Positions 11,361-23,534 of a DNA stretch of 64,000 bases are shown piece after piece. Both the position numbers and the translations under genes were made by a program. The DNA is from Felis catus (Eukaryota). How positions within the stretch are numbered: position 1 is the stretch's first letter; the number at the start of each line of letters is the position of its first letter. The notes under the pieces were generated by a model. That model was not told where the DNA came from. It was given only the letters and a program-made list of their open reading frames with translations, and made no database searches. Where the stretch lies: assembly GCF_018350175.1 (NCBI RefSeq), contig NC_058368.1, positions 123,382,001 through 123,446,000 on the forward strand. The letters run 5' to 3'.

Positions 11361-13493
11361 GTGGTTTTTCTCAATGTTTTTTCCTGTTTTTTTTTTTCCC
11401 AGTAATCATTTTTGAATTTTGTCAGTTTCAGCTGAAAGTGGTTTCCACACACAGGGCCTCACAGCCAAGATCAGCTAATGCCAGAATATGGGTACGAACC
11501 ACAGGTGTGACCCAGCACTGTTGCTACAGATGTTCCCTCTCTTGAAATTCAATTCAATTAAACAGATAGTGAGAAAAGTCCTAATGTGCAGGAGGTGGCA
11601 ATCCAAAGTGGTGAACTCACCTACAGTCAAACCAAACTGGGCTTACTGAAACTTGATCAGCAAGAGACCTGTACACCCTGCACACCCACGCGGTGGCTCA
11701 GTAAGAGAGTGTTGGATGGAGCTTATCATAGGATTTGGGCTTGTGTCAGGCAGTTTGGGGGAGGGTTCGAGGTACGAGTTGGCTCTAAACTGAGAGTCGT
11801 CAAGAAGTGGGGCAATTCTCTGACTGGGGCATCTTAATCTCACTTACCTAGGAGGTGGAAAAAATGGAGAGAGACTCTATTAAAGAATTAGCAGTGACCT
11901 TGGGGTGTTTGGTCACTTTTGTGGTATACTCAACTTCATTTGCTTTTGTTGTTGTTGTTTTGATTTTTGCTTTTGCTCAAACATGACTCCTGAGTTTTCT
12001 TGCCTTGTCTGATATTGGTGGTCTTTGAGAACACTTGTGATCAGCAAGAAAAATCAGGGTCCAACTATGAGGCTGACTCTGCTTTTCTCTTCCTCGGAAG
12101 ATAAAGAGTACTGAGGTCCTGCCCTAGAGGCACTCTCAGGCTAGTGGGAGAGACAAAATCAATGAACAGCCCTGATTCTTTTCTCATCAGTGACAGAGAT
12201 AACCAAGAAGGGGGTCAGGGAAGTCATCATAGAGAAGATGCAGCAATAAGCAGGAAAAGGGCAAGGAGTTTGCAGGCAGGAAGAACGGCTTGTGTAAGAG
12301 GAGTCTTTGTGGAAAACTCATTTGGAGCAAGTGGAAGAAAAAAGAGTTCTCTTGAGATTTGAGAAAGAGGGGACACAGGACAGAGGACCATGGAGCCAAG
12401 CATTGTAAACCATGGTAAGAAGTTCAAATTATACAGGGAAGAAAAGGGGAAAGTCTTTTAAGCCAGACAGTGATGTGATCAGACTTGTGTTTAAAATGAT
12501 TATCTGCTACCCTGCACAAAGTGCACTAGAGAAGGCAGGGTTGGGAGGCAGAGTGTGAATAGAGAGAAGGTTCACACTAGTCCTAAGGGGGCTGATAAGG
12601 AACTTCCCCAGCAGGAGTTAAGAGAAAGCTCTGGGGATCCACACACCCCCCAATTCGAAAGTAAAGAGAGGGCCCTAGAGCTCTCCTCCCATATTCCCCA
12701 TCCCCCCATTACTTACATCATGACTCCCTACACTGTCTGCCTTAGGACTATCAAGGGGACCTCTCATTCAAGGTCGCCCCTCCTCCCCAGACTCTAATCC
12801 CCATCCAGCATCCTGGGTAGTGAAAGGCAAGTCCCTCCCCTGACTTATTTTCCCCACTGCCTCTTTCTTCGTATCATTTACATCTGATAAACTTAGATGG
12901 TGTTTATTTGTTTCTCTGCCTCCTTCACTGGAATGAAAGTTCCACAAAATAGGTATTTTTGTCTTTTTACTTCTATGCCTTCCAACACCTAGAAGAGTAC
13001 CTCATGCATAACAGGCCCTCAATAAGTATTTCCCAAATAATTTTGAATAAGGGATGGAATTAATCCAGACAGTAGCAAAGATAGTCACAGGAAGGCTAGA
13101 GAATTTGGGGCTCTGGTTTCGAGCAAGTAGTAGAAGTAGCCAGGTTTCCTTCAGGACCTACCAGCCTCATCTTTATAAGGAGGGGGAGAACAATAGGAGA
13201 GGTGAGGGGTTTGTATTCTTAGAATAAAGTTGGCAATCTCCCTCTCACCTCTGCCACTGTGGCCAGTAAGGTGATGTTGCTAGAGAAACCACAAAGAGGC
13301 TGTGAGGACTTTAACATGGTTACCCTTTCAGGGTCCAACATACTGGCATGCTCATTGCTCTCCTGTGTGCTTGTGCACAAGAGAGCTTGAGAGGATCTGC
13401 CTCACAGATACATGTTTCTCAGATTCTAACTTGAGTCCATTCATTAAGATTAAAAGTCTCTTTAAGAGTTTTTCTTCCTCCTTGGGGCACCTG

Positions 13494-13700
13494 GGCACCT
13501 GGGTCGCTCAGTCAGTTAAGAGTCCCACTTCAGCTCACGTCATGATCTCACGGTTCATGGGTTCCAGCCCCTTCGTCGGGCTCTGTGCTGACAGCTTGGA
13601 GCCTGGAGTCTGCTTCAGATTCTGTGTCTCCCTCTCTCTCTGCCCCTCCCCTGCTTATGCTCTCTCTCTCTCTCTCAAAAAAATTAACATTAAAAAAAAA
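13494..13700 (+). mobile_element. Can-SINE
   Basis: Head with duplicated gggcacct, (CT)n, A tail. Confidence 0.9.
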
Positions 13701-14571
13701 AAGAGTTCTTCCCCCTTGTCCATCCAACCAGATAACAAGCATGAAGGCCATGAGAAAGCATGAGTGGCAGAGAAGGAAAGAAGGTGCATGTGGGCATCTG
13801 ATGCCATGTTCTATGGAAAGGCTTTCCCTTGTGGCTGTTTCAGCTTCTAAATGTTAGCAAGATGGGCCTGGGAGCACCAGTTACTCGGAGGAGCCACTGA
13901 GGAAGTGGGGACAGTCAAATGTCAGGAAGCAAGGGCTGAACCCAGTGCAATGATGAGAATGTGACACTGGCCACTACTCTGTTGTCCTCTGTTTTTACAG
14001 GGTCCTTCATACCAAGACCCTCGGCTGTTTGAAACTGAGCTTGAGGTATGATGAAAAGATGAAAAGAACCAAAATTGGCTCCCTCTTCTGTGTATTCAAA
14101 CTCGATCACACTCTGTACTCTCCTGGTCTTGACTTTTTTAAAAGAGAGCAAGGTAGTGAGCCAAGAAGAGGGCTTGGCAAATGAAAGAAAAGAATGGAGT
14201 GTGGGTGAGCCCTCAAAGGCAGGTGAGACCCTCAGGCTGGCTTGCACATGCTCAGAAATGGGAAAGCCACATTTCCACTAACCCTGGCCCCTCTTCTACT
14301 CTGCCCCACTGTACCAGGAGCCTTCCAATATAATTTTATCACTAAATGGCCAACTGAACTCAAGTTAACCTAGACTAGCCTAGCATAACACACCTATCCT
14401 ATGCTGTGACTTTTTAAAAATCAATTGTGGATTGTCAGGTCAGAACGTGTCTTCAGCCATGTCTTTCATTAGAACATATTAAATAAGCAAGACCTATTTT
14501 AATCAGAGCTATTTTCTGGGTTGTGTTACTGTTTTCCTTGCCCAAAACTGCATCTCCTGTCTGTCTTCTAG

Positions 14572-14748
14572 CTGGAAGGTAAAGTTACTGTAACCAAAGC
14601 TATAGAAATACTTAAGCTACGAAAAATAGAAGACCCAGTGTCATGCAGCAGAATGGGAAAGTACCAAAAGAGACTCATGCACAGTTTCGAATACCTTGAG
14701 AGAAGTCAATGTCATGGTGATAGACCAAAAAACATGCAAGTGACACAG
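14572..14748 (+). pseudogene. Granzyme O-like pseudogene, exon 4 (5' part only)
   Basis: After tcttctag acceptor: LEGKVTVTKAIEILKLRKIED/QCHAAEWESTKRDSCTVSNTLREVNVMVIDQKTCK*; frameshift near 14635, TGA 14741-14743. Confidence 0.9.
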
Positions 14749-15039
14749 ACCAGAATCTGAGAAAGGAGGGATAATGATGAATAATTTGTGAGTGTTTATT
14801 ATTTCTGGGTTGATGATTCTGGGGACTGATTCAGTTCCTTTGATAAAGACACCAATAGATAAGAAAGGCAAAATCTCACTGAGAGGAAATAAGACTTCAC
14901 ATTCAGGGTGGGAGTGAAAGGAGTTAGATATTCCTGTCTAATCAGTAATCTTCTATCTGTAAATTGTGCTTTGAGATGAAAGAGGATGTGATTTCTTAGA
15001 TGTGACAACAAAGACCCAGACAAAAGAGGTTGGTGAGTA

Positions 15040-16310
15040 TTTAAAATGTTTGTGCGTTAAAGAACACCATCAAGAAAAATAAAAGACAAGCCCTCCACTG
15101 GGAAGAAATAGTAACAAATCATATATTTTATAAGGGAGTCATATCCAGGATATATAAAGAGCACTTAAAATTCAATAATAAAAAGACAACCCAATTTGTT
15201 TAAAGCAAAATATTTGAATAGACATTTCTCCTAAAAAGATAAATAAATGACTAGCAAGCACATGAAAAGAAGCTCGTAGTTATTACGGAAGCGACAGTCA
15301 AAACCTCAGTGGTTACTACCTCACACCCACTCTAATAGCAATTGTCAAACAACAACGACAAGTACTGCCAATGATGTAGAAACCTTCTACAGTGTTGTAG
15401 ATTGGAACCTTCATACAATGTTGAGGGGAATGTAAAATGGTGCAGCTACTTTGAAAAACAGTTGAGAAGTTCCTCAAACAGCTAAACATAGAGTTACCAT
15501 ATAACCCAGTAATCCCACTCATAGGTATACACCCAAAAAAATGATAACATATCCATACACAAATGGATACCTAAATGTTTATAGCAGCATTGTTCATAAT
15601 AAGTAAAAAGTAGAAATAGTCCAGTATCCATCAACTGATGAGTGGATGAATAAAATGTGGTATATCCCTGTGATAGATTATTTGGTAACAAAAAGGAATG
15701 AAATACTGATACATGTTACAATATGAAGTTCAAAACCATTGTGCTAAGTGAAAGAAGTCAGAGGGGTGCCTGGGTGGCTCAGTTGGGTGGGCATCAGACT
15801 CTTGATTTTGGCTCAGGTCATAAGGTCACAGTTCATGGGATCGAGCCCCGCATTGGGCTCTGCCCTGACAGAGAGGAGCCTGCTTGGGATTCAATCTCCC
15901 TCTCTCTCTGTCTCTCTCTGTCTCCACGCCCCCCCCACCACTCCTTCCCCGTTCATGTTCACCTTCTCTCTCTCTCTCTCTCTCAAAATAAATAAACATT
16001 TTTTTAAAAGTGACAAAAGACTACATATTCTACAGTTCTTTGTATGTGAAATGTCCCAAATAGGCAAACCAATGGAGACAGAAATTGGAATAGTAGTTGT
16101 CCAGGGCAGGGGTGTGGAGGAAGGAGAGTAATCGGTTCAAAGGATCGTTAGTGGGTTCAAAGCTTCTTTGGGGATGATGAAGATGTGCTAGAATGAGTTA
16201 TGGTGATGGTTGCACAACTCAGTAGATAGACTCAAAACCATTGAATTATAAACTTTAAATGGGTTAACTTAATGGTATGTAAATTATATTTCATAAAGCT
16301 CTTAAAAGGT
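15040..16310 (+). mobile_element. Old L1 3' region (ORF2 end and 3' UTR) interrupted by a Can-SINE at about 15764-16005
   Basis: L1 motifs aatagacatttctc, aatcccactcataggtatacacccaa, gatgagtggatgaataaaatgtgg, tggtgatggttgcacaact. Confidence 0.85.
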
Positions 16311-16806
16311 AACACGAATGGGGGAATAGCAACCACATTCACGTAAAAAGAACAGAATTGTCACTGTTGGCTTTAGGAAACTTTCTGTAGCTATAGGCAA
16401 TCAAGACCCAACTTTTTTTTAAGTCTGAACTAAAATTACTTGCCAGAACCAGAAGCTGGGTATTCCATTGCTGTTACTGAAAATGATAACCTTTCATGGT
16501 GAACCTTTAATGCACTAGTATTATCTGGGGAAAAGGAAACATTGGGGTCTCAGTGTGACTCCCTTATAATAAGGTCATGTGATTTCTGAAAAAGTAACCA
16601 CCAGGTCTGAAGTTATCAGCATGTTAACTCTGGGGATGGTTGGTGTAACACCAAACATCCTGAAAGAACATATGTATTATAGTAAAGACCACATCCTCAG
16701 CTCAGAAAAAAAGAATAAGATATTTCTAATAGAATACAGAATATTCTTCCTTGAGGGACTGAGGTTCATCTGTCTTAAAGACATTCCTCAATATTAGAAC
16801 AAAAAT

Positions 16807-17015
16807 GGGACACCTGGGTGGTTCAGTCAGTTAAGAGTCTGACTTCAGCTCAAATCATGATCTCCTGGTTGATGATTCGAGCTCCACATTGGGCTCTGTG
16901 CTGACAGCTCAGAGCCTGGAGCCTGCTTCAGATTCTGTGTCTCCCTCTCTCTCTGCCCTTCCCCACGTGCACTCTGTCTCTTTCTCTCAAAAATAAATAA
17001 ACACTAAAAAAAATT
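16807..17015 (+). mobile_element. Can-SINE
   Basis: Head, (CT)n, A tail; flanking repeat atattagaacaaaa. Confidence 0.9.
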
Positions 17016-17588
17016 TTTTTAATATATTAGAACAAAATAGCCATGTCTACCATTTTCCTTCTTTAGCTAAATCCAGAAAGAAGGAAGAAAGGGAGGGGAA
17101 AGGGGGAGAGGGAGAAAAGGAAGGGTGGGGGGAAAGAGAGAAGGAAAGAGGGAGAGAGGGAAGGAGAAACTCAGTATCTTTCTTATATCTGAAGTTGTAT
17201 CATCAAGCAATCAGGGGAAGCACAGAGGGCTGCAAAGAGCCACCACCTCCTCCCCCCACCTCCCTCTGTCTCCATACCTGCCACAGACTTCAGACAAGAG
17301 GACAATAAATTATCCTCCAAAAAATGGGGAAGGAAAATGTAGGGAGGAACTTACTAACAAATAAGACTTCCTTATGCACCTCTACCTGGCCTTGGCCTAT
17401 TAATCCTTACATAACCCAAGGAGATAACTAGAAAAAAATATGATTGGTGACCAATTTTTAGGACACTTTTCCAACCTCTAATTTAAGTCTTAACAGATGC
17501 CATTAGTGGATACAGAAGATAGTTCTGCTATTGATGAAAACTAAAATCCTCAAAATTTCTGCTGAGACGTTTTAAAGTCTCTCCTTGT

Positions 17589-17763
17589 AGGGGCACCTGG
17601 ATGGCTCAGTCAGTTGAACGTCCAAATTCGGCTCAGGTCATGATCTCACAGTCTGTGAGTTCGAGCCCCACATTGGGCTCTGTGCTGACAGCTCAGACCC
17701 TGGAGTCTGCTTTGGATTCTGTGTCTCCCTCTCTCTCTGCCCCTCCCCTGCTCATGCTCTGTC

Positions 17764-17805
<42 letters not shown>

Positions 17806-17850
17806 AAAAATAAACATTTAAAAAAATTGTTTAAATAAATAAATAAAAAG
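17589..17850 (+). mobile_element. Can-SINE about 280 bp upstream of the GZMA ATG
   Basis: Head, long (CT)n, A-rich tail; near-identical flanks aaagtctctccttgta / aaagtctccccttgta. Confidence 0.9.
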
Positions 17851-18040
17851 AAAGTCTCCCCTTGTATAATATGTTCAGAGGACAACAAGGTCCTCTCACC
17901 CCCATCCACAATATAAAATTACCATCCTTTGCCTTAGCAGTCCTAGCAAAGGAAAGCATCCCAAGGGTAAGAAGCAATTATTCATCGTTGTCAGTTGTGT
18001 TTCATTTCTTAATGCTCAAGTTAGAAATTGGAAAGAAGAA

Positions 18041-18070
18041 AACCACATCCTTTGTACCCTCAATATATAG
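18041..18070 (+). promoter_or_regulatory. GZMA: GZMA proximal promoter: ETS-RUNX composite and TATA-like element
   Basis: aaccacatcct (reverse AGGATGTGGTT) at 18041-18051 and caatatatag at 18061-18070, upstream of ATG 18134. Confidence 0.6.
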
Positions 18071-18133
18071 AGTTGGTGAAGAACTAACACAGATTTTCAC
18101 GTTGACTGATTTGAGGTGGAGGTACCAGCCACA

Positions 18134-18203
18134 ATGAGGAACTCCTATACATTTCTGGCATCCTCTCTCTTGATTGCCATTTTTCTCCTGCTAATTCCTG
18201 GAG
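18134..18203 (+). CDS. GZMA: Granzyme A exon 1 (signal peptide)
   Basis: MRNSYTFLASSLLIAIFLLLIPG plus 1 nt, 70 nt, donor gtaaga. Confidence 0.96.
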
Positions 18204-18574
18204 GTAAGACTGATTCTCATCATTTCCATTATAACCATTAAGCAAAGTGGAGCAGACTTTCAGTAACTTTAGGCAATATTAGCTCAGTGTAAGAGCAGAT
18301 TTTTTGTTCCTCAAGCTTTAACATTCTTTCTTACATATTAGCTCTTTATTTTAAAAGGAAAAACATCCTTCTTTCTTCTCTAAAATTGCTTCACAAGAAA
18401 TAATAGAACCACCAGGGTTTAATACTGCCAATTTATACCTTGAAAATTGCCCCCCAAAATTGCCTAAATGTTAAAACAATAAAAAAAAAAAAACCTCTTG
18501 GGTTAGGAAAATAAATATACCTTTCTGGAAAGGAATAGTGGTATTCAGCCTTTCTGTAGAAAATGCATAGATAC

Positions 18575-18787
18575 TTTTTCCTAATGTTTTATTTATTTTT
18601 GAGAGAGAGAGAGAGAGCACAAGGGAGCACGCAAGCAGGGAAGGGGAAGAGAGAGAAAGTCAGAAGATCCAAAGCAGGCTCCAGGCTGACAGCAGGGAGC
18701 CCGATGTGGGGCTTGAACTCACAAACTGTGAGATCATGATCTGAGCCAAAATCAGTCGCTCAACAGACTGAGCTGCCCAGGCACCCC
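18575..18787 (-). mobile_element. Can-SINE in GZMA intron 1
   Basis: Reverse SINE; TSD aatgcatag at 18562-18570 and 18788-18796. Confidence 0.9.
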
Positions 18788-18819
18788 AATGCATAGTTTT
18801 AAATAAAATTCAAAAACCT

Positions 18820-19030
18820 GGGGCGCCTGGGTGGCGCAGTCGGTTAAGCGTCCGACTTCAGCCAGGTCACGATCTCGCGGTCCGTGAGTTCGAGCCCCGC
18901 GTCGGGCTCTGGGCTGATGGCTCAGAGCCTGGAGCCTGTTTCAGATTCTGTCTCCCTCTCTCTCTGCCCCTCCCCCGTTCATGCTCTGTCTCTCTCTGTC
19001 CCAAAAATAAATCAATATTGAAAAAAAAAA
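18820..19030 (+). mobile_element. Young feline SINE in GZMA intron 1
   Basis: CpG-intact; TSD aaaattcaaaaacctg on both sides. Confidence 0.95.
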
Positions 19031-20680
19031 AAATTCAAAAACCTGACTTAGTCACCCAAAACAAATTAGAAACGATTTGAAATTGTATCATTTCCCTAGG
19101 CTAGTGTGTCATTGAGAATGTGGCCACCTTGACTTTTTGGAAGTGCTATGGTATTTAGTATTAAGCTAAGTCTTGGGTACACCACCTAGTAACCAACCTA
19201 CCTGGTTTTGTGTGAGCTACACGGGCGCCAGTTTGAAATGCTGTGAAACTCACAGCATTATCACAAGACTGGTTGTAGCCCCTGGGTGGCTCTAGGTTTT
19301 CCTTGAAATCCTTCAAGAAAGTGAGGACTGGTCTGGGGCTGCCTGAACTCTGCTGATGTTAAGGACCAGCCATGTGTTTATCTCCAGGTCCATCAGCTTC
19401 TGGAGGTGGGAATGGTGGGCAGGGGCTGATGGAAAACCTATCTCACTAGGAATTTCCAAGAAAGTTCTATGGTTTACCTTGCAACTAAAAATGAGAAGAA
19501 AATTTTAAAATAACAAGGTTGAAGCATTTGGGGGACAAAGGGGTGGCATAGGATGACTGTGTTCGGGCTTGTTAAGTCCTTGACAACAGCGAAAACAGAG
19601 CAGATGAAAAATCCAATGATATCTTTTCTTCAAAGGAAACAACAAAAGCAGCTTGCTCTGCTCTGCTTTGCTTCCTGTGGTCAGAGAGAGCAATGTGCGC
19701 CCATAAAGGGAACAGACACAGCAGATCACATGATGCTCTGGACCAGCGATCTCAACCCTCTTACACATTAGAATACTCTGGAGGGCTTTTTAAACAATGC
19801 TAGCATCCAGCCCCAGCTCCAGAGATGCTCATTCATGTTGATTCTGGGTGGAGACCAAGAGTTGCTAGTTTCCCAAACTTCTCACCTGCTCTAAACCCTT
19901 TTCCTGACCCTCATAGGAGTGGTTGGTTGCAGGAGATGTTGACCTTTTTTCTGAGGCCAGTGTATGTGTGCACCAAACAGGGGACCCTGAAAAGTGAAGC
20001 AGTCTACTGACTTTATGATTTCTGCAGCCCAGAAGGTCTAAAGATGCACCTTTTAAATCTATCCACCCATGACTCACCCAAGGAAAATTTAAGATGTGGG
20101 TGAAGTTCTCTGTGTTGCTCTAACTTCCTTATCCTTTACCTTCTAGAGCCTAGAATTTCCCCCTTCCCAACACACTTCCAGAAATGAGAGCCATTCAGGT
20201 CACTCTCTTCCCCTTCTCTCACTCTCATTATTTGCATCTTACTGTGGATATGGCAGTGAGTTAGCTTTATAAATGGAGTAGCAGGCCCTGTGCCCTTTTT
20301 TAAGAAACCATGAGTCTCAGCCAATAGTCAGGAGACATATTTTGGGAAAATCCAAGAATATCTGGTGTAGGAAGGTGGAGACTCAGAGTACATCACAAAG
20401 ACACAAGATCACTAAACCAGCATGGATCATGAGCCTTGTGTGTAGGTCTCCTGTTCTCTAGTAATGAAACAATACTCCAGCTCTGTCATCAAGGAAATTT
20501 GACTAAGGCACCATTTTCTCCTTATAGCATCTTCTTCCTTCTCCTCCCTCGTTGGAGAAGGCCTTCATGAAACCATGTGTTTGAGTCTGCAGGTTGAAGG
20601 GGAGCCTTGGGTGCAATAGGTATTATTCTCTCAACTTAGGAATGAGGAGAGTACATGTTTCAATAAACAGAGAGCTCCCA

Positions 20681-20699
20681 ATGACCAAAGAACTCGTAG
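20681..20699 (+). CDS. GZMA: Probable alternative first exon 1b of GZMA (beta isoform, no signal peptide)
   Basis: atg acc aaa gaa ctc gta g|gtgagg = MTKELV, phase 1, in frame with exon 2; resembles the human GZMA-beta leader MTKGLR (recalled). Confidence 0.7.
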
Positions 20700-21195
20700 G
20701 TGAGGGCAGAGCTAAATGGTGCCATATCAGTTTGTAAGGTGTGTTTTTTTGCAAGGGCTTTAGGTGACAAGGGTGGTTCTCAGTCTTCTAAAAGCTTTTC
20801 CACTTCCCCAGATTAATAGCCGGAAGGGAGGAGGGAGGAGTGCAGATCGTTACTAGCATCTCTGGTAGTAACTGTTACTGGTGCCGACCCATGCACAGCT
20901 GTCTGCCCTTTGCAAGCCCTGAGGCTTGAGGTCACTGGTTGTGACAGATCTCCAGCCTGATAATCCCTGGAACTGCCAATGGCGTGGCTTCTGTGGGTGA
21001 AACGGCAGGACCCTCTCAGGAGTCCAGTAGGAATGGGCTTTACATTCAGACATCTGAACACCTGCGTGGGGTTTGGAGGTGCTCTCATCTGTCTCCTCTC
21101 CAAGGAGGAAATGCTTGTCTGGTCTTAGAAACATGGCTTGAGGTAGAGCTCTTTGGGGTGGGCACTGACTTAAGTTGCCTTTTCCTTTTTCACAG

Positions 21196-21334
21196 ATTTC
21201 TGTGTAAAAATTATTGGAGGAAATCAAGTGACTCCTCATTCAAGACCCTACATGGTGCTACTTAAAGGAGAAAGTATCTGTGCCGGAGCTCTGATTGAAA
21301 AAAACTGGGTATTGACTGCAGCTCACTGTGTCCT
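21196..21334 (+). CDS. GZMA: Granzyme A exon 2
   Basis: [47 protein letters not shown]; catalytic His; AG/GT boundaries; 139 nt. Confidence 0.97.
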
Positions 21335-21816
21335 GTAAGTGCTTGGGTTTTAAAAAATATTTGTGGAGATATTCTCATTTGGGGGAATATTAACAAAGAG
21401 AATAAATCTCACTAAAACCACAGGAAGTTCATGTGTAACTTCATATCACTGAAGTCTCCAGGAAATTGCTCTACCCCAGCAGGGAGTTAAGCCCACAGAA
21501 TCAGACCAATGGGGAATCCACAGTGAGCACCCACACTTCCTCTGGAGCTGCTGGGTCCAGGTGCTGCAGGGCTTTGCTTCTGGCCTTGACTTCATGACTA
21601 GAGAGAATAAACCACAGTCTGGAAGGATAAAACTGAAGTGTCCCCTCAGGAGCCTGAGCACAATAGTCAAGTAGAGAAAGCTCGGGTCTAAAACCTTCCC
21701 GTTTCCCCTAGAACTTCTCTCACACTTCAGCCATCTCTTAACACCTGCTGACTACTACCTTCAAACCTCTGCCAGGCTTGGGTTTTCCTCCATTCTCTAA
21801 ATCAAACCTGTAAACC

Positions 21817-22043
21817 GGGGCTGTCCCTTGTGAAAGCCACTGTCATATTGGCTATGTAAATTTCCATGCGGCTCTATGAATTTAAGTTGAAGTTAAATAA
21901 AATTGCAAGTTTAGTTCCTTGGTGGCACTAGCCACATTTCACATTTTCAGTAGCCGCATGTGGCTAGTGGCTACCATATGGGACAGTGCAGATGTATAGA
22001 ACATTTCATCATCCATTTACACTCTACTGGAAGTACAGTTCTA
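21817..22043. mobile_element. MER3/MER33-like DNA transposon remnant
   Basis: tagccacatttc...tagccgcatgtggctagtggctaccatatgggacagtgcag. Confidence 0.65.
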
Positions 22044-22924
22044 GCCTCTTAAGTGAAACTCACATCAGCTGATGTAATGGAAGAAAACTATGTGTAATGG
22101 AATAATAGTGTGTGATGGGGGGAAAAATCACTGGAACTATCTGTTTAGTGTAGTTTATACTAGGTTGTGAATGACACTAACCTTAATTATTAATATACCA
22201 GAGAATATTTTTTAAATAAGCTCCACACCCAACATGAGACTTCAATTCATGACCCTGAAATCAAGAGTCACATGCTCTACTGACTAAGCCAACAAGGAGC
22301 CCCCTGAGTATTTTGATTTTATTAACCAAATGAGCCTTTAGCATCGAGTAAAAAAAGAACCCTGGCCCCCTCCTTCAGATCACCATCCCGCACCCCCAAT
22401 ATACACACACTCAGTGCCATGCAAATAGGGTCCTTCATTGGGCAGTCATATTTCTAGAAGTTTGCCCATTTAAGTTTGTTACAAACTTAAATCTTACAAA
22501 GATCCCTCCAGTGCATTTCTCTAAACTATCCAGTGCCTTTTGCTTCTGTCTCTAGAACCCTGAGAACTTTGTGTTTCAGTATTCTGCAACCTGATTCTCT
22601 ATCACAGCTCAAGGTGGGTTAAGGGATACAACACTAAAGCCCCAACCCACATGATCCCAAGACTTGGCTTAGCTGCTATGGAATTCTCTTGTTATTTACT
22701 TTTCAATGAACCTAGTTTAGCATGTTATAAAGAAGCTGGTGGTAATAACGATGAATTCACAAGCAACTTTTTATTCTTCAAAGTACACTTTTTTCTTTCT
22801 GAGCCATAAACAAGTATTTCCACAGCAGGTATACTTACAAATGAGACAGTGAAACTGATCACTTAACATGCTCTGCTACTGATACAAACAGTAAATCCTG
22901 TTAATATATTGTGTCTGTTTTCAG

Positions 22925-23066
22925 GAACAGAACGTCCCAGGTCATTCTTGGAGCTCACTCAATAACCAAGAACGAGCCAGAAAAGCAGATAATGTTTGTT
23001 AAGAAACAATATCCCTATCCGTGCTTTGACCAGGACACACATGAGGGTGATCTTAAACTTTTACAG
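22925..23066 (+). CDS. GZMA: Granzyme A exon 3
   Basis: [47 protein letters not shown]; catalytic Asp and dimerisation Cys (YPC); 142 nt. Confidence 0.97.
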
Positions 23067-23264
23067 GTATGTACCTTTGGTTGACTTAAAAGTCATAGAA
23101 CCTCCTATGTTCTGGCTGCCAAATGGAATTTTTTTCCTCGGTGCCCTAGAGCTATAGACTATAGTTACATAGTGGGGTCCTCGAAGGTTGGGCTAGAACT
23201 TAAGTAAAAATGTGACCATCTAGATTACCTCATTTTGTTAAGTCTTATGCTTGTCTTCTAACAG

Positions 23265-23534
23265 CTGACCAAAAAGGCAAAAATTAATAAAAATGTGAGC
23301 ACCCTCCGTCTTCCCAAAAAGGGGGATGATGTGAAACCAGGAACCATGTGCCAAGTTGCAGGCTGGGGGAAAATTCATAATAACTCACCTCAGTCGGATA
23401 CTCTGAGAGAAGTCAATATCACCGTCATAAACAGAAGAATCTGCAATGATCAAAAGCACTATGATTATCATCCTGTGATTGGACTGAATATGATTTGTGC
23501 CGGCAGCCTCAAGGGTGGAAAAGACTCGTGCAAT
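23265..23534 (+). CDS. GZMA: Granzyme A exon 4
   Basis: [17 protein letters not shown]...CQVAGWG...[16 protein letters not shown]1 Asp (tryptase); 270 nt. Confidence 0.97.

Noticed and set aside
14812..14828. gatgattctgggga (DDSG) as a possible catalytic-Ser exon of the pseudogene
   Set aside because: No SPLIC continuation or acceptor; lies in L2-like sequence
16445..16490. NQKLGIPLLLLK, faintly like the granzyme exon 5 segment PQKPGIYILL
   Set aside because: Too short and weak, with no upstream GDSG or CG and no downstream WI
20380..20680. Glucocorticoid response element near exon 1b
   Set aside because: Only half-sites (agtaca, tgttct) seen; no properly spaced palindrome
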